From: a virus
Strand: one strand, 5' to 3'
DNA length: 64,000 bases
Virus record (IMG/VR): IMGVR_UViG_3300009161_000003
Span: 32,001-96,000 of that record
In this document: piece by piece, positions 1-9,455 of the stretch
Numbering within the stretch: the stretch's first letter is position 1
How the letters are laid out: every line of letters starts with the position of its first letter
Made by a program: the position numbers and the translations under genes
Notes under the pieces: generated by a model
What the model saw: only the letters and a program-made list of their open reading frames with translations
Told to the model about the DNA's origin: nothing
Database searches by the model: none

Positions 1-51
1 GACAATGACTCTTGCTGAAGAATTCTCAAGACTTACATATGTCTAGAATGG

Positions 52-60
52 TGGTATAAT
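52..60 (+). promoter_or_regulatory. extended -10 promoter (TGGTATAAT)
   Basis: TG-n-TATAAT at 52-60, upstream of the ORF starting at 99. Confidence 0.6.
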
Positions 61-98
61 AAATATCTGATTATTTATAATCACTACCAAAGGAAGTT

Positions 99-248
99 AT
101 GGCAGAAGAAAAAGGTTTAAGGCCTAGAGTTATAGTTGATGTAAATAAGCATGGTATTAGACGAGAACGAAACATAGATTTTGTTAAGAAAAAGTTTAAA
201 GATGAGGATGAATTGAATCCTAAAAGAAAAAAGAAGAATCAAAAATGA
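99..248 (+). CDS. small basic hypothetical protein (49 aa, MAEEKGLRPRV...; not in ORF track)
   Basis: Hand-translated; AAGGAAG RBS; stop overlaps the next ATG (ATGA). Confidence 0.65.
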   Translation: MAEEKGLRPRVIVDVNKHGIRRERNIDFVKKKFKDEDELNPKRKKKNQK

Positions 249-454
249 CAACAACTCCTTTTTCACTTATAAAAAATATGTTATGGGATAATTATGGATA
301 TACTCTTTCAGATGATCCTTCATACATGACTAAAAAAATTATTAGTAAGTTGGAAAATAATGGATATAAAATTGTTCCTTTTATTTTAAATGATAACCCT
401 GATGGAATGAACGGTAGAGAAAGCAATCCTAATAGACAAGGACTAGATCAATGA
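245..454 (+). CDS. hypothetical protein
   Basis: ATGA-coupled at both ends within the operon. Confidence 0.6.
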   Translation: MTTTPFSLIKNMLWDNYGYTLSDDPSYMTKKIISKLENNGYKIVPFILNDNPDGMNGRESNPNRQGLDQ

Positions 455-702
455 AACAGTTAATGCATTTTACTGCAAAATGGTGTACTCCATGCAAGGC
501 AATGGAACCTGTAATTGAAGATTTTAGACGCAGGCATCCAGATGTTATTTATACTAAAGTAGATATTGATGATGATATGCAAACTGCTGTTGACTTTGCC
601 GTAATGGGTGTTCCAACATTCATATCTATTGTTGATGAAAATTTGTTTGAAAGAAAAAGTGGTAGAGCCACTATCTTTCAATTGGAGGCGTTGTTTAATT
701 GA
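451..702 (+). CDS. trxA: thioredoxin
   Basis: FTAKWCTPCK (WCxxC) active site; VMGVPTF cis-Pro motif. Confidence 0.92.
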   Translation: MKQLMHFTAKWCTPCKAMEPVIEDFRRRHPDVIYTKVDIDDDMQTAVDFAVMGVPTFISIVDENLFERKSGRATIFQLEALFN

Positions 703-785
703 TTACTATATTTAAAAAAATAAAATTATTTTATTACTTACTAAAAATAAGAAAAAGAAAAAATAATAATAGGTTTATATATTAA
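699..785 (+). CDS. 28-aa basic peptide preceding the carbamoyltransferase (MITIFKKIKLFYYLLKIRKRKNNNRFIY)
   Basis: TTG start overlapping the thioredoxin stop (TTGA); GGAGG at 684-688; fills the intergenic gap. Confidence 0.55.
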   Translation: MITIFKKIKLFYYLLKIRKRKNNNRFIY

Positions 786-805
786 TTTATTAGAAAAGGC
801 ATACA

Positions 806-2242
806 ATGATTATTCTTGGAATTAATGGAACCTCTCATGACGCATCTATATCTTTAATAGAGGATGGAAACATACTTTTTGCTGGGCATTCTGAAAGATA
901 TAGTAAGGTAAAAAATGATTGGTACAACTGCCAAGAATTGTTTGACGATGCATTTCAATATGGATATCCAGATCAAATAGCGTACTATGAAAAACCTTGG
1001 TTAAAAAAATCAAGACTATTATTTGGCGGTTCTTCAGACTGGAAACCAAAATTTAAAACTAAATTTGATACATCAAAAATAAAAATAACAAATTTTAATC
1101 ACCACTACTCACATGCAGCAGCAGGATATTTTACAAGTGAATTTGATGATGCAGTTATTGTGGTTTTAGATTCAGTAGGAGAATGGACAACCTCGTCAAT
1201 TTATACTGGAGAAAATAATAAAATTAATTTATTAGAAAAAACAGACTATCCATTTAGTTTTGGATTATTTTATTCTGCCTTTACTCAATTGGTTGGCTTA
1301 AAACCAAACGAAGAAGAGTATATTATGATGGGTATGGCAGGGTATGGAGATTGGAAAAAATACTATAAAGAAGTTATAGAATATTTTCCAGATATAAATA
1401 CACAAAAATATAATTTTCATAAAGGTATACATGATTGGCCTTATAATATTTTTGCACAAGACAAGTTTGACATAGCAGCAGCAGTTCAAAAAGTCTATGA
1501 AATTAGACTGCTTGATTTTATGTTAAAGGCTAAACGTATTTCAGGAAAAAACAACTTAGTATTTATGGGTGGATGTGCTTTGAATTGTTCTGCTAATACA
1601 CAGTTGTGGGAAGTGTTTGATAATGTTTGGATTATGCCTAATCCAGGAGATGCTGGAAGTTCTCTTGGTGCAGCAGCAGCATTATATGGAAAACATATTA
1701 ATTGGAATGGTCCGTACTTAGGACATGATTTATGTGGAACATATCCCGTTGATCAAATTTTAAAACAATTAAAAGAAAATAAAATTGCAGCCGTTGCTTC
1801 AGGAAGAGCCGAGTTCGGTCCAAGAGCACTTGGAAATAGAAGTATTTTGGCAGACCCAAGAGACCCAGAGATTAAAAACAAGGTAAATAAAATAAAACAA
1901 CGAGAAGAATTTAGACCATTTGCTCCAGTAGTATTAGAACACTTGGCAGATAAATGGTTTGAAATGCCAACGACATCTATTCCATATATGCAGTATGCGG
2001 TTAAATGTAAAAGACCAAAGGATATTCCTTCTGTAGTTCATGTTGACGGAACTTCTAGAGTTCAAACAGTAAATGAAAAACAGCATCCAGGATTATACAG
2101 AGTATTAAATAAATTTTATTTAGAAACTGGAGTACCAATTCTTCTTAATACAAGTCTAAACATAAAAGGGCAACCACTTTTAAATGATGAAACAGATATA
2201 GTTAATTGGGAAAAAAAATATGATAGTAGTATTATAAGATAG
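806..2242 (+). CDS. carbamoyltransferase, NodU/CmcH/TobZ family
   Basis: ILGIN..HD, HHYSHAA, GGCALNC, GDAGSSLGAA, EFGPRALGNRS, HVDGTSRVQTV, LNTSLN motifs. Confidence 0.95.
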   Translation: MIILGINGTSHDASISLIEDGNILFAGHSERYSKVKNDWYNCQELFDDAFQYGYPDQIAYYEKPWLKKSRLLFGGSSDWKPKFKTKFDTSKIKITNFNHHYSHAAAGYFTSEFDDAVIVVLDSVGEWTTSSIYTGENNKINLLEKTDYPFSFGLFYSAFTQLVGLKPNEEEYIMMGMAGYGDWKKYYKEVIEYFPDINTQKYNFHKGIHDWPYNIFAQDKFDIAAAVQKVYEIRLLDFMLKAKRISGKNNLVFMGGCALNCSANTQLWEVFDNVWIMPNPGDAGSSLGAAAALYGKHINWNGPYLGHDLCGTYPVDQILKQLKENKIAAVASGRAEFGPRALGNRSILADPRDPEIKNKVNKIKQREEFRPFAPVVLEHLADKWFEMPTTSIPYMQYAVKCKRPKDIPSVVHVDGTSRVQTVNEKQHPGLYRVLNKFYLETGVPILLNTSLNIKGQPLLNDETDIVNWEKKYDSSIIR

Positions 2243-3020
2243 TTAAAGAATCTTCATATTGTTTTTTAAAATGTCTATACCATCCATATTGTGATTCTAT
2301 TCCTGGATGACGATAAATGTCAGTGTCATCATCATCTGCTTTCCATAACCTAGGATGATTTTTATTTAATTCTATATAGTTAAATGTTTCTAACAAAAAA
2401 TCTTTTGAAATTAAAGGTGAAAAAATTGTATCAAAATTATTAAAAATACCATTTTTTTGAAAATCAGAAGACATAAAATTTTTGTTTAAATTTTTGTTAG
2501 AATTTTTTTTATTTTCATAATCTTTCCAAAATGTTGATATTAATTTTATTTTATTAGAATAACAATATTCTTCAAGCATAAGGTAGTTATAAAAAAACAT
2601 TTCTTCGCAAACATCATCTTTATAAAAAACATCTTCTCTATCTATGGGTGGCAACAACAAAAAAATAATTTTTGGATTTCCAAATAATTTAAAATATTTA
2701 AATAAATTGTGAATTATTTTTGCAACAGAATGACCAGAAATTGCTAAATTAAAATATCCAGAATGTGTATTATTTTTATTTAGTTCTTCATATAACATTT
2801 TAGACCAAACTTCAGATTCCTCTAATCCACTGCCAGAGGTCATAGAACAACCAGAAAATAAAATATGTTTTTTATCATGCTTATTGGTAAAATCATCACA
2901 TCGATATTCATAGTTATTTTTTCTATAAAAAACATTGTTTTTTGTTTGTCCTTGTTTATCTAAGTATGGACCCCAAGTAACTTTGTCAAGATTAAAATAA
3001 TCATTAGTATTATTAATCAT
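2232..3020 (-). CDS. SGNH/GDSL-like hydrolase
   Basis: LFSGCSMT block I, NLAISG block II, C-terminal D...HPG. Confidence 0.6.
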   Translation of the reverse strand: MINNTNDYFNLDKVTWGPYLDKQGQTKNNVFYRKNNYEYRCDDFTNKHDKKHILFSGCSMTSGSGLEESEVWSKMLYEELNKNNTHSGYFNLAISGHSVAKIIHNLFKYFKLFGNPKIIFLLLPPIDREDVFYKDDVCEEMFFYNYLMLEEYCYSNKIKLISTFWKDYENKKNSNKNLNKNFMSSDFQKNGIFNNFDTIFSPLISKDFLLETFNYIELNKNHPRLWKADDDDTDIYRHPGIESQYGWYRHFKKQYEDSLTIL

Positions 3021-3034
3021 TGTTTTAGTTAAGG

Positions 3035-3466
3035 TTAATGCTTTGTAAATCTAAAAGCAGAACCATCCCATAAAGACTTTCCAAATGCAGGTTGTGCTTC
3101 ATCTTGTAAACTAAAAGCACTTCCCTCCCAAATTTTTTCTTTTTTATTTTTTTCACGATTAACTATGCCACGACTCCAACTAAACCCAGCATCTCCGCCC
3201 CATGCATCCCACATAATTCTTCCATTTGATGGGAACTCTGGACCAGAGTAAAACCCTTTACCTTTTTTATCTACTTCGTGACGGGAAAAGAAAGAATACA
3301 TTCTTTTAACGGTATCAAGCGACATTGCTGAACCATTAACAATATCTGTTGCTCTGCCCCAACCAACAGGAGTTCCTGCACCAGTTGCTTTTCCATCTTC
3401 TTTCCATTTAAGTGCACGTCTTGCTGCAGCCTTCATTCCAGAAGTTGGGCTATATGTGTCAGCCAT
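3035..3466 (-). CDS. phage protein (domain seen in head-associated proteins) with two C-terminal KxxW[DE]GSAF motifs
   Basis: P..GM...ARRAL.W, TVKRMYSFFSRH, AWGGDAG motifs. Confidence 0.6.
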   Translation of the reverse strand: MADTYSPTSGMKAAARRALKWKEDGKATGAGTPVGWGRATDIVNGSAMSLDTVKRMYSFFSRHEVDKKGKGFYSGPEFPSNGRIMWDAWGGDAGFSWSRGIVNREKNKKEKIWEGSAFSLQDEAQPAFGKSLWDGSAFRFTKH

Positions 3467-4041
3467 TACTTATTAAAGCCTCTTGTATCAAACATACTTC
3501 CATCCCAAACTGATTTTGTTGCAACTGAGTTTGATTTGTATGTTCCACCACGACGCTTGTATTCTTGAACTACCCAAGAATTTGCTACTGCACTTGGATA
3601 TACGTCAAACTTATCTTTTGCTGCTTGAACAACTCTAGCATAAAGTTTTGGGTTTGATGGATCAGATCCACCACTTCTTGGTTTAATAAAATCAGCATAG
3701 TTTGGTTTCTTTGCCTTATCAATTGATTCGTAATTTTCTTCCATTTTAAACTCCTTCATAGTCATATTATTAAATTTTCCATCAAGATCTGGAATAGTTA
3801 GTGGATCAATTTTAGTTACTAAAGAACCTTTTACTCCAACTAAACGTTCAGTTTCATCCCAGCCATAACCTTCTTCAAATTCAAGAATACGTACTAAAAC
3901 TGCTGGTTCTTCTGTTGAAGCCATTAAAGAATAATCAGAGTATTGTATTCCAAACATACCATCTGTCATAACATGCTGAACAATTCCAACGTAGGTTTCA
4001 TCGTCACCCTGTGCAAGAACAAAATCACCTTCAGATATCAT
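3466..4041 (-). CDS. two-domain phage protein; C-terminal DUF5872-like domain and KSVWDGSMF tail
   Basis: PSNPKLY...KFDVYPSA.AN..VVQEYKRRGG.YK; leaderless start. Confidence 0.55.
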   Translation of the reverse strand: MISEGDFVLAQGDDETYVGIVQHVMTDGMFGIQYSDYSLMASTEEPAVLVRILEFEEGYGWDETERLVGVKGSLVTKIDPLTIPDLDGKFNNMTMKEFKMEENYESIDKAKKPNYADFIKPRSGGSDPSNPKLYARVVQAAKDKFDVYPSAVANSWVVQEYKRRGGTYKSNSVATKSVWDGSMFDTRGFNK

Positions 4042-4075
4042 GTTTCCATTATAACAGATATTCTGCTATAATTGT
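4042..4075. promoter_or_regulatory. back-to-back divergent extended -10 promoters
   Basis: TGTTATAAT on minus (-10 at 4048-4053, 6 nt before ATG 4041) and TGCTATAAT on plus (4064-4072). Confidence 0.75.
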
Positions 4076-4095
4076 AAAACCAACGATTGGAAACA

Positions 4096-5052
4096 ATGGC
4101 TCATATTGTATTTTTAGGTAACTTTGAAGTGTCATATAGTAGTGAGAATCATCATGCTAAGTCTTTAGAGTCTCTTGGCCATACCGTTTGCAAATTGCAA
4201 GAAAGAACAATTAAGGATAGTTTTGTTCTTGAACAAGCAATGAATAGTGATCTCTTTATATGGGTGCATACACACGGCTGGGTGACTCCTGGAAGACTTG
4301 GAATGGGCTTTGTACTGGAAGAGTTAAAGAAGGCCAACATCCCCACAATGACATACCATTTAGATCTATGGTTTGGCCTAGAAAGACAGAAAGATTTAGA
4401 AGAAGATGACTTCTATAAAACAATTGGGCACTTCTTTGCAACAGATAAGTTAATGACTGATTGGTTTAATAAGAACACTAATGTTAAGGGGCACTTCCTA
4501 CCTGCTGGGGTATATGATAAAGAGTGTTACATCCATGAAGATTATAATAAAGATGAGTTTGAGTATGATGTAATATTTGTTGGTAGTAAGAGGTATCATC
4601 ATGAACATAAATACCGTGCAGAATTAATAGATTTTTTAAGACGAATCTATGGTAAAAGATTTTTACACGTTGGTGGAGATGGAGACACTGGAACTGTACG
4701 TGGAAACGATTTAAATAGAATTTATGCAAAAAGTAAAGTAGCAATTGGTGATAGTCTTAACATTGATTTTAATTATCCATATTATACAAGTGATAGACTA
4801 TTTGAAAGTACTGGTCGTGGTGGATTCACTATCTACCCTCGCATTAAAGGCCTTGAAGAATATTTTATTGATGGAGAAGAAATTGTTTTTTATGAGCACG
4901 GGAACCTTGAAGATCTAAAATCAAAGATAGATCAATATCTTGATGATAATTCAACAAGGGAACTAATTAGATTAAATGGTCATGAAAGAACTAAACAAGA
5001 ACATACATATATTCACAGATGGGCAACTATTATGAAGGAGTTGGGATTATGA
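4096..5052 (+). CDS. GT-B glycosyltransferase (CgeB/Glyco_trans_1_2-like)
   Basis: DVIFVGS, YTSDRLFESTGRGGF, GHERTKQEHTY.HR; ATG at 4096 preferred over TTG at 4087. Confidence 0.85.
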   Translation: MAHIVFLGNFEVSYSSENHHAKSLESLGHTVCKLQERTIKDSFVLEQAMNSDLFIWVHTHGWVTPGRLGMGFVLEELKKANIPTMTYHLDLWFGLERQKDLEEDDFYKTIGHFFATDKLMTDWFNKNTNVKGHFLPAGVYDKECYIHEDYNKDEFEYDVIFVGSKRYHHEHKYRAELIDFLRRIYGKRFLHVGGDGDTGTVRGNDLNRIYAKSKVAIGDSLNIDFNYPYYTSDRLFESTGRGGFTIYPRIKGLEEYFIDGEEIVFYEHGNLEDLKSKIDQYLDDNSTRELIRLNGHERTKQEHTYIHRWATIMKELGL

Positions 5053-5762
5053 CTGAAATGATTAAAGCCGTTATTAACGGAGAGTTTGAAATTACTTTAC
5101 CAAAACATCGTGCAGATAGACCAGATTGGTATCAACCTCATGGCTGGGAGAAACCAAGACTAAAGCATATGTCAGAAAATATTGGATCTGGAGATGTTGT
5201 ATATTATGTTGGTGCAGAAGAAGGAGAGATGCCTGCTCTATGTCAGATGTGGGGTGCTGAGGTAGTTTTGTTTGAACCTAATCCAAAGGTTTGGTCGCAT
5301 TTCCCATTACTGTGGAGTGCAAATAATTTAGAAATGCCACTTGCTTGCCTTCCTGGATTTGCGTCAGACAAAGATAATAAACTTGCAAGAATATATTATG
5401 GAGAATTTCCACCAGAAGCAGATGCACCAATTGAAGCAGCACATGGATTTAAAGAACTTCAATATGAAGCAGATAAATATGGTCAAACAAAAATTGACAC
5501 TCTTGTTTATGAAAAAGGATTAAAGCCACCTACTGCAATTTCATTAGATGTTGAGGGTAGCGAATGGCGTGTACTTGGTGGTGCAGAAAAAGTTATGAGA
5601 GAGTTTAAACCAAAAATCTGGCTATCTGGTCATCCAGAATTTATGATGATGTATTGGAATGAATATCTTTACGATCTAAGACAATTTATTAAAGGCATTG
5701 GATATAAAGAAACTTTCCTTGACTATCAACATGAGGTACATTTATTCTATGAAGCAATCTAA
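5049..5762 (+). CDS. FkbM-family SAM methyltransferase
   Basis: YVGAEEG, FEPNP, ISLDVEGSEWRVLGG; ATGA-coupled start at 5049. Confidence 0.85.
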   Translation: MTEMIKAVINGEFEITLPKHRADRPDWYQPHGWEKPRLKHMSENIGSGDVVYYVGAEEGEMPALCQMWGAEVVLFEPNPKVWSHFPLLWSANNLEMPLACLPGFASDKDNKLARIYYGEFPPEADAPIEAAHGFKELQYEADKYGQTKIDTLVYEKGLKPPTAISLDVEGSEWRVLGGAEKVMREFKPKIWLSGHPEFMMMYWNEYLYDLRQFIKGIGYKETFLDYQHEVHLFYEAI

Positions 5763-6603
5763 CTGTTATCTATACTCTTTTAATGAAGGAGACTGTGCTG
5801 CTGATAAGTGGGACTATGGACTTCTTAAAGAAATATTTGATAAATATAATATAGAACAAATTAAGGTTAATGCTTTGCCAATAGAAGACAGAGCATTTGT
5901 TGTAATTCCTGGACCACAAAATATAGGACATGAAAAACATATATCAAAAGAATTAAAAAATATATCTAGATTAGTTTTATTTATAACAGGGGATGAAGAA
6001 GGAGTCTTTGATATAGATAGAATAGAACATTCTAATGCAGAGATTTGGATTCAATACCCTCACAAAAAACATGAAAAATATAACAAATTTCCAATTGGTG
6101 TACCGCAACATTTAAAAAACAATTTGCCTAATTATAAGACTAAAACATATGACGTATTTTTTGCTGGGCAAATCACACACCAAAGAAGAGAACAATTGGC
6201 AGGGGCAATAGCATTAGTCAACAATGCCCTTTATAAGCCCACAGATGGCTTTGCTAGAGGAGATAAGCCAATTCATTACTACGACAACCTAGCCAGTTCA
6301 AGGATTGCTGCCTGCCCTGCAGGGGCTGTAGTTATTGACTCATTTAGATTGTTTGAAGCAATAGAGATGATGTCCTTGCCAATAGCAGACCTTATAGATT
6401 CAAGTGGCTTGGAGGATGATTTTTATCAACGTCTTTTTAATGAGGCAGTTCCATTTTATAAAATAAAAAATTGGAACGACTTGCCTGTTACTGTCTCAGG
6501 TTTGTTAGAGGGTTATCCAAACAACATGCATACTGTGGTATGCTGGTGGATCAAATACAAAAGAGATTTTGGGATTAAATTAATGAGGCAAATCAATGCA
6601 TAA
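5749..6603 (+). CDS. exostosin/GT47-like glycosyltransferase
   Basis: DVFFAGQ, YYDNLASSRIAACPAG...SFRLFEAIEMMSLPI resembles the GT47 CPxG...RxxEA motif. Confidence 0.65.
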   Translation: MKQSNCYLYSFNEGDCAADKWDYGLLKEIFDKYNIEQIKVNALPIEDRAFVVIPGPQNIGHEKHISKELKNISRLVLFITGDEEGVFDIDRIEHSNAEIWIQYPHKKHEKYNKFPIGVPQHLKNNLPNYKTKTYDVFFAGQITHQRREQLAGAIALVNNALYKPTDGFARGDKPIHYYDNLASSRIAACPAGAVVIDSFRLFEAIEMMSLPIADLIDSSGLEDDFYQRLFNEAVPFYKIKNWNDLPVTVSGLLEGYPNNMHTVVCWWIKYKRDFGIKLMRQINA

Positions 6604-7357
6604 AAATGATGTGACAATAATTTTAGCAACATCAATTGTTCCAGATCATCCAAACACTAAAATGATAGAAGAAACAATACATAGTATTAGAGCACATTTT
6701 CCAGATAATGAAATCATTATGCAAATTGATGGGTTAAGAAAAGAACAGTTGCATAGAAAAAATGATTACGATGAATATAAAAATCGCATACTTTGGAAAT
6801 GTTTACACGAATATAAAAATGTTTTGCCAATTATTTTTGATCAGCATAGCCATCAAACAACCATGATGAGGCAAACAATAAAAGAAATACAAACATCATT
6901 ACTTTTATATGTTGAGGGAGATACACCTCTAACTCCAGATATAGAGATTGATTGGCAAAAATGTTTGGATATGATTGAGTATGGAAAAGCAAATACAATA
7001 AGGTTTCATTTTGAAGCATCTATTCCAGAACCACACAAACATTTAATGTTTAAATTAGAAGATGGATTTTTACAAACTGCTCAATGGAGTCAAAGACCTC
7101 ACTTAACTAAGGCTTCATATTATAGGAATATTATATTACCACCACTTGATGAATGTGCTTTTATTGAAGATAAAACTCATGGGATAATTCAAGATGACAT
7201 TTTACCTTATAATCTTTTTAGTGAAGAAGGATGGGAAAAACACAAACTTTGGATATATCATCCAGAAGGAAACATTAAAAGATCACAGCATTTAGATGGT
7301 CGTCAAGGAACACTTAAATACACAAGTGATGATGAGATTAGAGGATACACTGGATGA
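6596..7357 (+). CDS. GT-A fold glycosyltransferase
   Basis: VTIILATS N-terminal strand; LLYVEGD (DxD equivalent); HLDGR; cluster context. Confidence 0.6.
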   Translation: MHKNDVTIILATSIVPDHPNTKMIEETIHSIRAHFPDNEIIMQIDGLRKEQLHRKNDYDEYKNRILWKCLHEYKNVLPIIFDQHSHQTTMMRQTIKEIQTSLLLYVEGDTPLTPDIEIDWQKCLDMIEYGKANTIRFHFEASIPEPHKHLMFKLEDGFLQTAQWSQRPHLTKASYYRNIILPPLDECAFIEDKTHGIIQDDILPYNLFSEEGWEKHKLWIYHPEGNIKRSQHLDGRQGTLKYTSDDEIRGYTG

Positions 7358-8394
7358 CACTTGGAATTATTGCTAGATCTGATAATACTGGACTAGGAAA
7401 TCAAACACGGGAGTTAGTTAAGATGCTTAATCCCGACAAAATTTTATTGATTGACTCAGAACACTTCAATGGTAATGAACAACATCCAGAATGGTATAAG
7501 GATTATAATGTAGTACATACGGAAAGAGGTTTTCCAACTAAGCCAGAAGTAATAGATTTTTTAAGAAACATAGATGTGGTGCTAAGTTGTGAAACTTTCT
7601 ATAGACAAGATTTTTTACATTATGCCAAACGAAGAGGCATTAAAACAATCTTGCAATATAATTTTGAATTCTTACTTAACATGTCTAATCCAGAAGCAGA
7701 ACTTCCAGATGTTTTACTTGCTCCAAGTTTATGGAACATAGAGCAAATAGAAAAAATGGTTGATGGAAGATGTAAAGTAATTCACCTCCCACCACCAACC
7801 GATACAACCTTATTTGAAAATGTTAGACAAAATAATATGTCAAAAGATCATAATAGATTGTTGCACGTTGGTGGAAAGTTTGCAGCAAAAGATAGAAATG
7901 GAACTCAAACTGTTTTGCAAATGCTTAAGTATTCAAAGGCAAGTTATGAGTTAGTAATTACAACACAAAAGTTTCCAGAATTAGATTTAAAAGATTCAAG
8001 AGTTACCGTTAATAACAGTAATCCAGAAAATAGGGAAGAACTTTATAATGGGTTTGATGCTATGCTTTTGCCAAGAAGGTATGCTGGTTTATGTCTTCCA
8101 ATGAATGAGGCATTGATTAGTGGACTCCCAGTATTTATGACGGACATATCTCCAAACAATTTAATTCTTCCTAAAGAATGGTTAGTAAGATCTGAACACA
8201 TTAATAGTTTTCAAGCCAAATCGTTAGTAGATGTATATGATGGAAATCCAGAACATTTAGCAGCCATTGTTGATGAGTATATGGATAATAAAGATAAGCG
8301 TGAAATGAAAGATTCTGCATTACAAATAGGATTAAATCATTTTGCTAAAAATAATCTAAAGGATAATTATTTAGATCTTATCGCTCATATGTAG
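7354..8394 (+). CDS. GT4-family glycosyltransferase
   Basis: FDAMLLPRRYAGLCLPMNEALISGLPVFMTD (Ex7E-type motif, first Glu replaced). Confidence 0.85.
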   Translation: MTLGIIARSDNTGLGNQTRELVKMLNPDKILLIDSEHFNGNEQHPEWYKDYNVVHTERGFPTKPEVIDFLRNIDVVLSCETFYRQDFLHYAKRRGIKTILQYNFEFLLNMSNPEAELPDVLLAPSLWNIEQIEKMVDGRCKVIHLPPPTDTTLFENVRQNNMSKDHNRLLHVGGKFAAKDRNGTQTVLQMLKYSKASYELVITTQKFPELDLKDSRVTVNNSNPENREELYNGFDAMLLPRRYAGLCLPMNEALISGLPVFMTDISPNNLILPKEWLVRSEHINSFQAKSLVDVYDGNPEHLAAIVDEYMDNKDKREMKDSALQIGLNHFAKNNLKDNYLDLIAHM

Positions 8395-9067
8395 ATTTTT
8401 CTGAAAAGTTTGTAGTTAAAAAATCTAACAAAAACATAAAAGAAGTATCTGCGCTAGACAAATAAGGAATTTCTTTTTTGTCTTGGTTATAAGATAATGC
8501 AACTAATGCCCCACTTTTATGAACCTTTACATCTTTTACTGTTTCTCCACCAATGTTAAATGTATTTCCATACTTTGATCTCCAAAGTGTTGAATAATTT
8601 TCTTCAAGAATAGTTATTAGTTTGCTTTTTTTCATTGGCATTGGTACGTGAAGTTCATAACTAATAGGATTTAATATATCTCTTCTTTGTAAATAAGCAT
8701 ACGTTGTTCCTAGTCTATTTAAATAAGTAGATCTAATCCCCAGATTATGATACTGATTTATTTGATCTTCAAGTAATCCGTTGTTGTATATTTCTACTTC
8801 ATCTATTTTGTTTGTAATATAGAAATCATCATTCATTAATATAAAGTCTTCAGGTATTTCTTCAGAAGCACAGGCAGCCCTAAGATTATTAAGTGCATTT
8901 TGATATTTATGTTGATCTTGTAATACTGAAATATGATTGCCAACATACCAGTCTGGTTTTCCACCAACTACCCAAATTTTTGGATCATTAGTATTTTTTA
9001 CAACAGATCTAATTGAGTATCTAAGTTCTTCGTTTTCACCATCTTTACATATGTATACAAAATTCAT
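8378..9067 (-). CDS. Stealth-like hexose-1-phosphate transferase
   Basis: EELRYSIRS, FILMNDDFY and HVPMP match Stealth conserved regions. Confidence 0.7.
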   Translation of the reverse strand: MNFVYICKDGENEELRYSIRSVVKNTNDPKIWVVGGKPDWYVGNHISVLQDQHKYQNALNNLRAACASEEIPEDFILMNDDFYITNKIDEVEIYNNGLLEDQINQYHNLGIRSTYLNRLGTTYAYLQRRDILNPISYELHVPMPMKKSKLITILEENYSTLWRSKYGNTFNIGGETVKDVKVHKSGALVALSYNQDKKEIPYLSSADTSFMFLLDFLTTNFSEKSTYER

Positions 9068-9082
9068 AAATTCCCTTTATAT

Positions 9083-9115
9083 AAAAAAATAGGGACAGAC
9101 GTATCTATCCCTATC
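9083..9115 (-). terminator. intrinsic terminator after the holin
   Basis: ATAGGGATAGA-tacg-TCTGTCCCTAT hairpin followed by a T-run on minus. Confidence 0.8.
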
Positions 9116-9127
9116 TATTAAGTATAA

Positions 9128-9406
9128 TTACTTTGCTACTTTTTTAGCAACTTTCTTTTTTGCTGCCTTTTTAACTGGCTTAATATTCTTAAGCGCAGCC
9201 TCTACATCTTTTGCAACTGCATCAAACTTACCAAAAGATTTGTCTTTTGGATTGGCTGCACGAAGTGCAACTGGAACTAATGCTGCCACAAGTGCTGCCC
9301 ACATATCTTTAGGATCTGTAATTCCAGCGGTATACAAGGCAATTACGCCTGCAAGAACTGAACGACCATAACTTGAAAGCATTGCTTTTAATTGTACGTT
9401 ATTCAT
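9128..9406 (-). CDS. putative holin (2 TM) with Lys/Ala-rich tail
   Basis: SYGRSVLA...LRAANPKD..FG pattern; two hydrophobic segments; KKAAKKKVAKK tail. Confidence 0.65.
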   Translation of the reverse strand: MNNVQLKAMLSSYGRSVLAGVIALYTAGITDPKDMWAALVAALVPVALRAANPKDKSFGKFDAVAKDVEAALKNIKPVKKAAKKKVAKKVAK

Positions 9407-9455
9407 TTAATCACCTCTTCCATATACTATTATAGCGTATATTACTATAAATTTT

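Noticed and set aside
806-3020. Saxitoxin or antibiotic biosynthesis
   Set aside because: Only the generic carbamoyltransferase module is present; no core biosynthetic genes.
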